Part shown: one piece after another, positions 46,242 through 55,110 of the stretch
How positions within the stretch are numbered: the first letter of the stretch is position 1
How the letters are laid out: the number at the start of each line of letters is the position of its first letter
Origin: Candidatus Micrarchaeota archaeon
GTDB taxonomy: Archaea; Micrarchaeota; Micrarchaeia; Anstonellales; Anstonellaceae
Assembly: GCA_964650545.1 (NCBI GenBank)
Contig: CAZYTZ010000001.1
Location: 23,686 to 87,685, forward strand
Length of the DNA stretch: 64,000 nucleotides
Direction of reading: 5' to 3'
Notes under the pieces: model-generated
The model's database searches: none
What the model was told of the DNA's origin: nothing
What the model saw: the letters and a program-made list of their open reading frames with translations, nothing else
Translations under genes and position numbers: made by a program

Positions 46242-47813
46242 TCAATTCCCCTTCCCAGTGATGTTGTAAATGCTCCTTTTATAGTCGTGCGTTTTTTCAA
46301 GCGATGAGGTTATCTCCGCCAGCAGCAGCCTCTTGGCTTTCTCGAATGCCTCCTTGCCCACTTCAGAGTTCCCGATTGCATACCTGAGGTTTTTCACATT
46401 GAAGCAGAACATGGAATCGTGCACATTCTCGCAGTTGTGGCAGAAATATGAGTCGGCGCATTTGCTGCAGAAGTCCAATTCAAAGCAGCGGTTCAGGCTG
46501 TCTGAATCATAGCAATTGATGCAGAATTGGGAGTTTGAGAGCCTGCCGCCGCCGAATGCGTACTTGGAAGTAACAAGGTACAAGTTGTATGCGCCGTATT
46601 CTGACTTGTATGCTGATGCCTTGTAAAGGAAAGAGGAATCCACTGCTGCCAACGTTTCTATGGCGCCGTGGCATGTGCCTTCGAACATTTCATCTGTGAA
46701 GTACCCAATTTTGCCGAGTGAATTTCTGATGGATGCTAATCCAACAATTTCACTCTCATCAAGATGCAGGCCTTCCAAAAATGGGGATTCTTCGCTTGAA
46801 ACAACCCTTTTGTCAGGCATCAGCGAATAAACCGGGTAGCATTTGCCTGGAAGGGCATACGCCTTGTTTCCAAATGGAGTGGTAAATTCCCGCAGCGAAC
46901 CAACATGCTTTGAAAGCCATTTTTCATACTGCCGTATGTCTCCAGGTTCCTTCTTGAAAAGAATCCTGAATGCGGACGCAAACGATTTGTTGATTATTCC
47001 AATGTCTCCTTGCGCTTCCTTGATTTTCATTGCTGGGGCAGTTGGCAATGCAGTTTCCTTGTTTGGCACAAGTTCAAAGATGGAAGGGAATTTCTTCTTC
47101 CTCTTTAGCTCATCCCTTGATTCCCCGACGATTTTCTCCTTCAGGGCTTTGTATTTGTCCTTTGGCAGCTGAAGGTTTCCAATCCTGTAGCTCTTGTTCC
47201 TCTGATTAAAACAGAAGAGCAGGTCATGGGAGTTCATGCAGGTGGCGCAAAAATAGAGGTCGCTGCAGCTTATGGAAAGCCTGGTTTCAAAACAGCGCCT
47301 GAAGTCAGAGCATCTTACGCACCTTATTGCGAATTCGCCGTTGTCCGAGCGGAGGCTGCCGAATATGCTGCGGCTGTTCGTGGTTATGATGGATGACGCA
47401 TAAACATAAGACGAGCCCTGGATGGTTGTCGAGCCTGACACATATGCCGAGTCCACAACAGCATCAGATGACTCCACAAAGCGGGAGTTGTCCAGAATCT
47501 TGTTTCCGCAATATTCCCACTTTTCTGATATTGCCTCCATTATCGAGTCAATATCCTTGACTTCATTGATTGAAAGCGTGGCAGCCTTGCCTCCTGTCTC
47601 TTCCAATGAAACGAACTTTGCGCTTTTTGGGTAATCTGCGCAGGCAAGCACCACTTCCTTGCCGGAAACGCTGGATTTTTCCCTTGCAGTGGCAGCCATG
47701 TACTCTTCCAGCCAAGCCCTGTAATCTTCCAATTTGCCTATCTCTTCTCCAAGAAGTAGCCTGCACGTGCTTTTCCACTGCCTGTCAAGACGGCTGTACG
47801 TCTCGGAAGGCAT
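46242..47813 (-). CDS. Cys-rich hypothetical protein, paralog 3 (523 aa).
   Basis: Its start is 1 nt after the stop of paralog 2. The C-terminal module is CINCYDSDSLNRCFELDFCSKCADSYFCHNCENVHDSMFCFNVKNLRYAIGN. Confidence 0.7.
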   Translation of the reverse strand: MPSETYSRLDRQWKSTCRLLLGEEIGKLEDYRAWLEEYMAATAREKSSVSGKEVVLACADYPKSAKFVSLEETGGKAATLSINEVKDIDSIMEAISEKWEYCGNKILDNSRFVESSDAVVDSAYVSGSTTIQGSSYVYASSIITTNSRSIFGSLRSDNGEFAIRCVRCSDFRRCFETRLSISCSDLYFCATCMNSHDLLFCFNQRNKSYRIGNLQLPKDKYKALKEKIVGESRDELKRKKKFPSIFELVPNKETALPTAPAMKIKEAQGDIGIINKSFASAFRILFKKEPGDIRQYEKWLSKHVGSLREFTTPFGNKAYALPGKCYPVYSLMPDKRVVSSEESPFLEGLHLDESEIVGLASIRNSLGKIGYFTDEMFEGTCHGAIETLAAVDSSFLYKASAYKSEYGAYNLYLVTSKYAFGGGRLSNSQFCINCYDSDSLNRCFELDFCSKCADSYFCHNCENVHDSMFCFNVKNLRYAIGNSEVGKEAFEKAKRLLLAEITSSLEKTHDYKRSIYNITGKGN

Positions 47814-47817
47814 GGAA

Positions 47818-48774
47818 TCACTTCACCATCAATAACTGCGCGAGCAATGCCTCAATCTGCAGCGTTTCGTTCGCGCCTTCCACGAGGCGGAAGTTGTACT
47901 CGCCAATCTTGTCCACAATCATGACTTTCTGGCGCTCGTCGACCGAGAGTTGGTCAACTGTTCTATACATCTGCAGAAGAACATCCTCGCCGCTCATTCC
48001 GTATTCCACCATGAGCTTGTGAAGCTTTTTCCTCGCGTCAATGAACTTGCGCGCGAGTGCCAGCTCCATCATCTCCTTAATCTCAGCAGGCTCTGCGCGC
48101 GACGCACTTTTGTATACCATCTCAGAAGTTATCTTTTTGCCGTGCATGGATGCGCCCTGAAGTGCGTTTATTGCGCGGCGCATGTCGCCTTCTGAAATGT
48201 AAAGGAGCGCCTCCACTGCCTTTTCGTCAACAGTGAGGCTCTCCTCCTTTGCCACCCTGGAAAGCATGTGCTTCACTTCGTCTTCCTGAAGGGGCCTGAA
48301 GCGAAAAACTGAGCAGCGCGACTGTATTGGCTCGATGATTTTGGAAGAGTAGTTTGCAGACAGTATGAAGCGCGTCACTTTCACGTACACTTCCATGGTA
48401 CGCCTAAGCGCGTTTTGCGCGTCATTGGTAAGCGAGTCTGCCTCATCCAGGAAGATGATTTTGAAGGGAACGGACTCCAGGGACACAGTTCTTGCAAAGT
48501 CCTTTATCTTGCCGCGTACCACGTCAATGCCGCGCTCGTCCGATGCATTGAGCTCAAGTATGCAGTCGCGGTAATTCTCACCGTACAAGTCGCGCGCAAG
48601 CGCAATGGCGGCCGTTGTCTTGCCAATGCCTGGCGGGCCTGCGAAAAGAAGGTTGGGCATGTTCTTTTCCTTCACGTATGCTGCAAGCAGTTTCACTATG
48701 TCTTTTTGCCCCACAATGTCAGGAAGCGTGCGCGGGCGGTACTTCTCAGTCCAGGGTATGTAGTCTGCCATCAT
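47818..48774 (-). CDS. rfcS: Replication factor C small subunit.
   Basis: It has Walker A (GPPGIGKTT), the DEAD-like motif (IFLDEADSLT), SRC and the C-terminal domain, with no intein. Confidence 0.9.
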   Translation of the reverse strand: MMADYIPWTEKYRPRTLPDIVGQKDIVKLLAAYVKEKNMPNLLFAGPPGIGKTTAAIALARDLYGENYRDCILELNASDERGIDVVRGKIKDFARTVSLESVPFKIIFLDEADSLTNDAQNALRRTMEVYVKVTRFILSANYSSKIIEPIQSRCSVFRFRPLQEDEVKHMLSRVAKEESLTVDEKAVEALLYISEGDMRRAINALQGASMHGKKITSEMVYKSASRAEPAEIKEMMELALARKFIDARKKLHKLMVEYGMSGEDVLLQMYRTVDQLSVDERQKVMIVDKIGEYNFRLVEGANETLQIEALLAQLLMVK

Positions 48775-48841
48775 CCTTCCTCCCGCCCTTCTTTGCCCGC
48801 AAATGCCTTAAAAGCTTGCGCTCTCGTATTAAACCGATTAT

Positions 48842-49159
48842 ATGGACGAATTCACCATGCAGCTTGCGGTATGCTTGGCAGTAGCCGCACTTTTCGCGCT
48901 AACAGGCACGGCCTCGCCGCTTTTCGCGGTTTCGCTTTTCGCGCTTTCGCAGGCAGGCTACTTTGCCCTGCTCCAGCTGCAAAAAGGCGGGATAAAGCAA
49001 CCATGGCCTGCGGCCCTTCTCGTGCTTGCCACCTTTGCCTGCTTTTTCATCGCAGCCCTGCTTTTCAACGCGATCAACTCGCTTCCCGCTCTGGTAGTCA
49101 TCCCTGCAATGTTCATTCTTCCATCCATAGTGGTGGCTGCGCGGGAGATCGTCGGGTGA
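48842..49159 (+). CDS. Small membrane protein (105 aa).
   Basis: Three hydrophobic helices are predicted. It lies immediately upstream of ileS. Confidence 0.3.
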   Translation: MDEFTMQLAVCLAVAALFALTGTASPLFAVSLFALSQAGYFALLQLQKGGIKQPWPAALLVLATFACFFIAALLFNAINSLPALVVIPAMFILPSIVVAAREIVG

Positions 49160-52100
49160 TTGTGCTTGCATGACCAGATAAAACTCGAGCAGGAAATCCT
49201 GGCATTCTGGGAAAAGGAAAAAGTCTACGAAGAGGTAAAGCAGTCCCTCTCAGCCGGCACGCCATACTACTTCTGCGATGGCCCCCCATACGCAACCGGC
49301 CAGATACACCCTGGCACTGCATGGAACAAGGCGATAAAGGACGCGGTGTGCCGCTACAAGCGCGCACGCGGCTTTTCTGTGCGCGCTCAGCCAGGCTATG
49401 ACACGCACGGACTTCCAATAGAGGTAAAGGTTGAGCAGGCGCTCAAATTCAACGACAAGCGCCAGATAGAGAAGTATGGCGTGGAGAAGTTCGTGGAAAA
49501 ATGCAAGGCATTTGCCACGCAGTACATCGGCGTCATTTCCGGCCAGTTCAAGCGCACAGGCGTGTGGATGGACTGGGACAACCCGTACGTTACCTACAAG
49601 GACAGTTACATAGAGTCCTCATGGAAGACCATAAAAACCGCTCACGAAAAGGGGCTGCTGCACGAGGGCGTGTACGTTGTCCCATACTGCAGCCGCTGCG
49701 AGACCACGCTTGCAAACTACGAGCTGGAATACGGCGAGCAGGCAGACCCTTCCATTTACGTCAAATTCAAGTCGCTTTCCGTGCCCAACGAATACTTCAT
49801 CATCTGGACCACCACGCCCTGGACACTTGTTTCCAACATGGCAATCATGGCACACCCCATCTACACTTACGTCAAGGCAAAGGTGGGCGACGAGACTTGG
49901 ATAGTGGCAAAGGAGCGCCTTGACCACGTGCTGTCCCTCACAGGCCAGTCTGCAACAGTGGTGGGCGAGCTTTCAGGCAAGAAGCTCGAAAAGCAGAAGT
50001 ACGAGCATCCGCTTCAAGGCCAAATAGGCAAGAAATGCGAGCGGCTCGTGGTGCTGTCAAACGAATTCGTCACGCTTGAGGACGGGACAGGGCTTGTGCA
50101 CTGCGCCCCTGGCCACGGCCCTGAGGACTTCATAATAGGCAAGCGCTTTGGCCTTGAGATCTTCTCGCCAATAGACTCCACAGGCAAATTCACTGCACAG
50201 GCAGGGGCCTACTCAGGCATGCCTGCGCGCGAGGCATCTGCGCATGTGATTGAGGACCTGAAAGCTTCAGGCTCGCTCATACATGAGGCCAAGGTGGCGC
50301 ACCGCTACCCGCACTGCTGGCGCTGCAAGACGCCGCTCATCTTCATAGCCACCAACCAGTGGTTTATCTCGATTTCCAAGCTCAAGGAAAGGATGATGTC
50401 CGAGATTGGCAGCTGCGAGTGGCAGCCGCCGTTTGCCAAGACGCGGTTCTCGGATTTCGTATCCACTGCGCCTGACTGGTGCATTTCACGCCAGCGCTAC
50501 TGGGGCATACCCCTTCCCATCTGGAAATGCGGAAGCTGCCACCACCTCAAGGTGGCAGGCTCGCGCGACGAGCTTCCAAAAGTTGAGGGGCTGCACCGCC
50601 CGCACATAGACAAGGTAAAGCTCAAGTGTGAAAAGTGTGGCTCGTCCGCGCACAGGGTGCCGGACATTCTGGATGTTTGGTTTGACTCGGGCAACGCAGT
50701 CTGGGCATCGCTTGAGCCGGAAGAGCGCGCCAAATTCCCCAAGACCGATTTCATCGTGGAGGGCAAGGACCAGACGCGCGGCTGGTTCTACTCGCTTTTG
50801 GGCTCAGGAGTGGTGCTCAACAACGAAATCCCCTACAAAACGCTTCTCATGCACGGCTTTTTCGTGGACGAAAAAGGCGAGAAAATGAGCAAGTCAGTGG
50901 GCAACTTCGTGCCCCTTGAGGAAGTGCTTGACAAGTACGGCGCAGACGCTTTCCGCCTCTGGGCGCTGTCAAACACCGTGTGGGACGACCTGCGCTTCAA
51001 CTGGGACGAGATAAAGGAGGCGCACCGCGCAATAGGCACGATTTACAACCTTGGGATATTCCTTTCGCGCTTCTGCGCTTCTGACACAAAGCCGCCGCTG
51101 CCCGACGACTCGCTTTTACTCCCAGAGGACAAGTGGCTGCTCTCAAGGCTTTCAGCCACGACAGAGGCTTGCACAGAGACCCTTGACACCTACAGGCCGC
51201 ACATCGCAGCAAAGGCGGTGCGCGCTTTTCTGATAGAGGATGTGAGCCGCGTGTACATGAAGCTTGCAAAAAGAAGGATTGACGATGAAGGGCCGTCCTC
51301 GCCAGCAGCAGGCGTGCTCTACCATTCCATATTCGACGCGCTTTGCATGCTCTCGCCATTCTCCCCTTTCATCTCCGAGCACATCTACCGCTCGTTCTTC
51401 ATGCGCCACGAGGGAAAGAATTCAATCTCGCTTTTCTCTTGGCCTGAAGCGGACAAAAAGCACCACGACGCGCTTCTTGAGAGGCGCTTTGAGGTGGCAA
51501 TGGAAATCTCCGCCGCGTGCGCAAACGCGCGCCAGAAGGCAGACATCAAGCTGCGATGGCCCCTGGAAGAAGCGCGCATAGTGTCAGAGTCAACAGAGGT
51601 GCTATCCACAGTCGAGCACTTGTCCGGGCTTATCGAGCTTCTCACAAACGTCCGCTCCGCAAAGCATGCCCGCCAGCCCAAGGCATCCCTTGAGGTCGTG
51701 GTGAACAAGCCCAAGGTGGGCGCGGCATTCAAGCGCGACTCGCCCTCAGCGCTTGCGGCAATCGAAAAAGTGACGGCGCAGGACATTGAGAAATGGCTGT
51801 CAGGCGAGGAGAAAACGCTTATGGCAGGCACTTTTGAGATAACGCGCGAAATGGTGGAGCTTCGCGAAAGCGCAAAAGGATTTGCAATCGCAGCCTTTGA
51901 GGGTGGCAAGGTCTACCTAAAGACCCAGATGAAAAAGGAGCTCTACGAGGTGGCAATGGTGCGCGAAGTCGCGCGCCGCGTGCAGCTCATGAGAAAGGAG
52001 AAAAAGCTCGTGGAGTCTGACGGCATAGCGCTGCACCTGCATACGGATGACAAGGAGCTTACCTCAATAATCAAGAGGCACTCAGACGAAATCGCGCGCC

Positions 52101-52204
52101 AGGTGAATGCCTCGTCCGTAGGCACGACAATCCCTTCGCGCGGCGCCAAGAAGGAGTGGGAGATTGACGAGGCAAAGCTCACAATCGCGATAGAGAAGAA
52201 GTAG
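49160..52204 (+). CDS. ileS: Isoleucyl-tRNA synthetase.
   Basis: It has the HIGH-region context (PPYATGQIHPGTAWNKAIKD), KMSKS and a C-terminal zinc-binding region. It appears to initiate at TTG (49160 or 49166), with no in-frame ATG near the conserved N-terminus. Confidence 0.9.
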   Translation: MCLHDQIKLEQEILAFWEKEKVYEEVKQSLSAGTPYYFCDGPPYATGQIHPGTAWNKAIKDAVCRYKRARGFSVRAQPGYDTHGLPIEVKVEQALKFNDKRQIEKYGVEKFVEKCKAFATQYIGVISGQFKRTGVWMDWDNPYVTYKDSYIESSWKTIKTAHEKGLLHEGVYVVPYCSRCETTLANYELEYGEQADPSIYVKFKSLSVPNEYFIIWTTTPWTLVSNMAIMAHPIYTYVKAKVGDETWIVAKERLDHVLSLTGQSATVVGELSGKKLEKQKYEHPLQGQIGKKCERLVVLSNEFVTLEDGTGLVHCAPGHGPEDFIIGKRFGLEIFSPIDSTGKFTAQAGAYSGMPAREASAHVIEDLKASGSLIHEAKVAHRYPHCWRCKTPLIFIATNQWFISISKLKERMMSEIGSCEWQPPFAKTRFSDFVSTAPDWCISRQRYWGIPLPIWKCGSCHHLKVAGSRDELPKVEGLHRPHIDKVKLKCEKCGSSAHRVPDILDVWFDSGNAVWASLEPEERAKFPKTDFIVEGKDQTRGWFYSLLGSGVVLNNEIPYKTLLMHGFFVDEKGEKMSKSVGNFVPLEEVLDKYGADAFRLWALSNTVWDDLRFNWDEIKEAHRAIGTIYNLGIFLSRFCASDTKPPLPDDSLLLPEDKWLLSRLSATTEACTETLDTYRPHIAAKAVRAFLIEDVSRVYMKLAKRRIDDEGPSSPAAGVLYHSIFDALCMLSPFSPFISEHIYRSFFMRHEGKNSISLFSWPEADKKHHDALLERRFEVAMEISAACANARQKADIKLRWPLEEARIVSESTEVLSTVEHLSGLIELLTNVRSAKHARQPKASLEVVVNKPKVGAAFKRDSPSALAAIEKVTAQDIEKWLSGEEKTLMAGTFEITREMVELRESAKGFAIAAFEGGKVYLKTQMKKELYEVAMVREVARRVQLMRKEKKLVESDGIALHLHTDDKELTSIIKRHSDEIARQVNASSVGTTIPSRGAKKEWEIDEAKLTIAIEKK

Positions 52205-52259
52205 GGTATATATTCTTTTTGCCTTATATCGAGAAAAACAGAGGAACAGTGGTGATGGT

Positions 52260-52439
52260 TTGATTTGCGAAAGATGCAGTTCACAGGAATACATGCTCGA
52301 GAAGTGCAACTCATGCGGCAAAATGGTCTGCGAGTCTTGCGAAAAGTCGGCAAAGCGTGTAAAGAAGGTTTCGCGCGTCGTGATTTGCAAGGACTGCTGG
52401 AGCGACATGAAGAAGCGCTCCAAGTTCAAGGCGCTTTGA
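52260..52439 (+). CDS. Small 4xCxxC zinc-ribbon protein (about 59 aa). It is not in the ORF track because it is under 60 aa.
   Basis: TTG start with a ggtgatgg SD. The sequence ICERCSSQEYMLEKCNSCGKMVCESCEKSAKRVKKVSRVVICKDCWSDMKKRSKFKAL has four regularly spaced CxxC pairs, which is more protein-like than the alternative 84-aa ORF in the other frame. Confidence 0.35.
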   Translation: MICERCSSQEYMLEKCNSCGKMVCESCEKSAKRVKKVSRVVICKDCWSDMKKRSKFKAL

Positions 52440-52558
52440 GCGTCCTCACCATTTTTTATCTTAGTGGAATTCGCTCTGATCTTCCACTTCTAAAAAAGCA
52501 CTTGCGAATGCTTTTTTAACTATGCCTTCTTTTCTCTTTCGGTGTTCATACGGGCTCG

Positions 52559-53809
52559 ATAAAGCGTATTTTTGCAAGGCAGATACTGGACTCCAGAGGC
52601 AACCCCACGGTGCAGGCAGACGTTTCCACTGCGCGCGGGTTTGGCAGGGCGTCCGCGCCCTCAGGCGCATCCACCGGCATCCACGAGGCACTTGAGCTTC
52701 GCGATGGCGGCAGGAAGTGGGGCGGCAAGGGAGTGTCAAAGGCAGTTGCGAACGTGAATGGCAAGATTGCTCGCGCGCTGCGCGGGCACGAAGTGTCAAG
52801 CCAACAAGGCATTGACGCGCTCATTTGCAGGCTTGACGGCACACCCAACAAATCGCGCCTCGGCGCAAACGCCACCACCGCAGTTTCGCTCGCATGCGCG
52901 CAGTGCGCGGCAGACGAGAAAGGCGTGGGGCTTTACAGGCTGCTTGGCGGAAAAAAGCTTCCAGCGCCCATGATGAATGTGCTCAATGGCGGCAAGCACG
53001 CGATGACCGGCCTGTCCATTCAGGAGTTCATGGTGTTCCCCCTCCAATTCCCTTCGTTTTCCGAAGCGCTTCGCGCAGGCACCGAAATTTACCAAACACT
53101 TCGCGGCATTATTGCGAAAAAATACGGCGGCGCTGCAACAGGGCTTGGCGACGAGGGCGGCTTTGCCCCGCCGTGCAAGGACGCGCACGAGGCGCTCTCA
53201 CTGCTTGAGAAAGCAATAGGCGATTGCGGCTATCAAAAGCGCGTGAAAATTGCAATTGACGCGGCAGCCTCATCATTTTACCAGGAGAAAGCCGGCAACT
53301 ACCTGGTGGACAGGAAAAAGATGTCATCAGGGCAGCTGACAGACTTCTATGCCTTGCTTGCCAAAAGCTATCCCATAATAAGCATCGAAGACCCGTTTCA
53401 CGAGGAGGCTTTTGGCGACTTTGCCGCCCTTCGCAGGAAGCTATCTGGAAAGGCGCAGCTTGTGGGCGATGACTTGGTGGTCACCAGCGTGCCCCGCCTG
53501 CTACAGGCAATGAAGCAGCGCTCCATATCCTCCCTTCTCCTAAAAGTCAACCAGGTGGGCACGCTTTCAGAGGCAATCGACGCGGCCATGCTCTGCCGAA
53601 GGAACAAGCTTGGCGTGGTGGTGTCGCACCGCTCAGGCGAGACTGAGGATGCCACGATTGCGGACATTGCAGTTGGGCTGAACTGCGGGCAGATAAAAAC
53701 AGGCGCGAGCGCGCGCGGCGAGCGCACTGCCAAGTACAACAGGCTGCTCCAGATAGAGGAAGAATTGCCCTCAGGAAGCTTTGCGCGAGCCTCAGGCATC
53801 GTATTATAG
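52559..53809 (+). CDS. eno: Enolase.
   Basis: The conserved enolase N-terminus (I)KRIFARQILDSRGNPTVQADV... is encoded in frame directly after a TAA at 52517-52519. ATA sits at 52559-52561 where the start codon is expected, and the first canonical start (GTG 52610) would delete the conserved ILDSRGNPTV block. Downstream motifs include SAPSGASTGIHEA. Confidence 0.8.
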   Translation: MKRIFARQILDSRGNPTVQADVSTARGFGRASAPSGASTGIHEALELRDGGRKWGGKGVSKAVANVNGKIARALRGHEVSSQQGIDALICRLDGTPNKSRLGANATTAVSLACAQCAADEKGVGLYRLLGGKKLPAPMMNVLNGGKHAMTGLSIQEFMVFPLQFPSFSEALRAGTEIYQTLRGIIAKKYGGAATGLGDEGGFAPPCKDAHEALSLLEKAIGDCGYQKRVKIAIDAAASSFYQEKAGNYLVDRKKMSSGQLTDFYALLAKSYPIISIEDPFHEEAFGDFAALRRKLSGKAQLVGDDLVVTSVPRLLQAMKQRSISSLLLKVNQVGTLSEAIDAAMLCRRNKLGVVVSHRSGETEDATIADIAVGLNCGQIKTGASARGERTAKYNRLLQIEEELPSGSFARASGIVL

Positions 53810-53831
53810 GTTTTTTGCGAGAGGTAAATCC

Positions 53832-54242
53832 ATGCTGTTGTGGACAAACGAAAAGGAACAGTTTTCTCACATTTCGCTCATGTTCACGTTTTCCTTCTCC
53901 ATACTTCTCATTCTTGGCGTTCTTTGCATGGTGTTTGCCAACTTCAACCTGGGTCTGGTGCTCTTCTCGCTTGGCGTGGTGCTTGTGGCAGGCAACGAAT
54001 ACCTGGTCTTTCGGAGGCTGCGCACGCGCGAGCACATCGCGACGCTTCGCATGCCATCCAAGGCGATTGAGGACATGCTGAATTTTGCAATACTTGCCTA
54101 CATACTGCCCTCAACCGCAGCGATTTTCCTTTACTTTTTCGCAGACATGAGCATGCAGGTGCTTATCGTCGTGTTTGCAGGCTTTTTGCTTACCAGCATA
54201 AAGATAGTTTCCCGCTCAATGCAGTTTTACTTCTCAAAGTAA
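53832..54242 (+). CDS. Hypothetical membrane protein (137 aa).
   Basis: ATG start with a gaggt SD. Four TM helices are predicted. Confidence 0.45.
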   Translation: MLLWTNEKEQFSHISLMFTFSFSILLILGVLCMVFANFNLGLVLFSLGVVLVAGNEYLVFRRLRTREHIATLRMPSKAIEDMLNFAILAYILPSTAAIFLYFFADMSMQVLIVVFAGFLLTSIKIVSRSMQFYFSK

Positions 54243-54272
54243 GGGTATGGAAAAATAAAAGGAAAAATGGGC

Positions 54273-54593
54273 TTACTTCCTGTACTTTTTCTTCACGCCG
54301 TATTCGGGATGGTCTGAAACGTCTTTCAGCTGGCCTGCAAGGAACTCTGCCATCTTGTCGCTGTCCTCAGAGCCAACAAGCACGTTGGAGCGCCAGCTCC
54401 ACTGCGCTGCAAGAGTTGCCTTGTCCCCCTCGCTTTTGACAACATAGCCGGTGGTGACTGCAAGCAGGTAGGGCCTGCCAACCATCTCCTTTCGAAGCTC
54501 AACGTCAAGCTTTTCCACAAGTGCCCCAAGCTTTTTCTCATCCACAAACTCAAGCTTGGCCTCTTCCTTCTCTTCCTTTTTTTTGTCCGCCAT
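54273..54593 (-). CDS. Small charged hypothetical protein (106 aa).
   Basis: ATG start. It has a Lys/Glu-rich N-terminus and a KKKYRK C-terminus, with no family recognised. Confidence 0.45.
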   Translation of the reverse strand: MADKKKEEKEEAKLEFVDEKKLGALVEKLDVELRKEMVGRPYLLAVTTGYVVKSEGDKATLAAQWSWRSNVLVGSEDSDKMAEFLAGQLKDVSDHPEYGVKKKYRK

Positions 54594-54604
54594 ACAAACA
54601 CCAG

Positions 54605-54731
54605 CGCCTCGGACAGGACTTGAACCTGTGACCTATGGATCGCTGCCGCGCACGTGCGCGATAACAGTCCATCGCTCTACCTTTCAGTCTCACGAGGACC
54701 GTCCCTCATGAAAAGACTGAGCTACCGAGGC
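54605..54731 (-). tRNA. tRNA-Asn (anticodon GUU) with two introns: about 34 nt in the D-loop (plus-strand 54682-54715) and about 21 nt in the anticodon loop (plus-strand 54642-54662).
   Basis: Manual fold of the reverse complement. The acceptor is GCCTCGG/CCGAGGC with discriminator G73. The D-stem is GCTC/GAGC with loop AGT[intron]GGTA. The anticodon stem is ATGGA/TCCAT with loop CTGTTA[intron]. The T-arm is ACAGG-TTCAAGT-CCTGT. Both introns contain self-complementary segments (AGTCT...AGACT, CGCGCAC/GTGCGCG). Confidence 0.65.
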
Positions 54732-54759
54732 AAATTTTCGCCAAATGCTGCGCATTTGA

Positions 54760-55110
54760 CGATCTTCGTTGGGCGTTGCCCAACGTCTCGCAGTTTTCGC
54801 TTCGCGAAAACTACGATGCCACTGGCCAGCAAACAACCCGAAGTTCAATTCATTTTTCCCTTCGGGGTTCGTGCCATAACGTTTCCAGACCACTTTTGAC
54901 CTATACTGTCTTTTATCTGAAACCATGCCTGTGGCTTCCCCCTTTTGCTGCGATGGTTATTAAAAACTGCGGTTTTCGCCCTGGCAGGTTATTTTGTTGA
55001 AAAATGGCACGGAGCCGTACTTTCCTGCTGCACGAAGATTCCTATTGCAGCTTCACGCAACTTAACTTAGATTAAGCAAATCCCGATTCTGCTTAATCAG
55101 GCTGCAACGC
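54760..55110. ncRNA. Candidate structured noncoding RNA or long tRNA-Asn leader; identity unknown.
   Basis: It spans about 350 nt without a credible ORF. It contains several perfect hairpins (CGTTGGGC-GTT-GCCCAACG, TTTTCGC-TTC-GCGAAAA, CCC-TTCG-GGG, GATTAAGCA...TGCTTAATC) and a long-range complement (CGTGCCAT / ATGGCACG). Confidence 0.2.

Noticed and set aside
54654-54926. ORF-track ORFs 54654-54899 (+), 54690-54926 (-) and 54776-55000 (+).
   Set aside because: They overlap the tRNA-Asn gene or the hairpin-rich noncoding stretch, and their translations do not look like protein.
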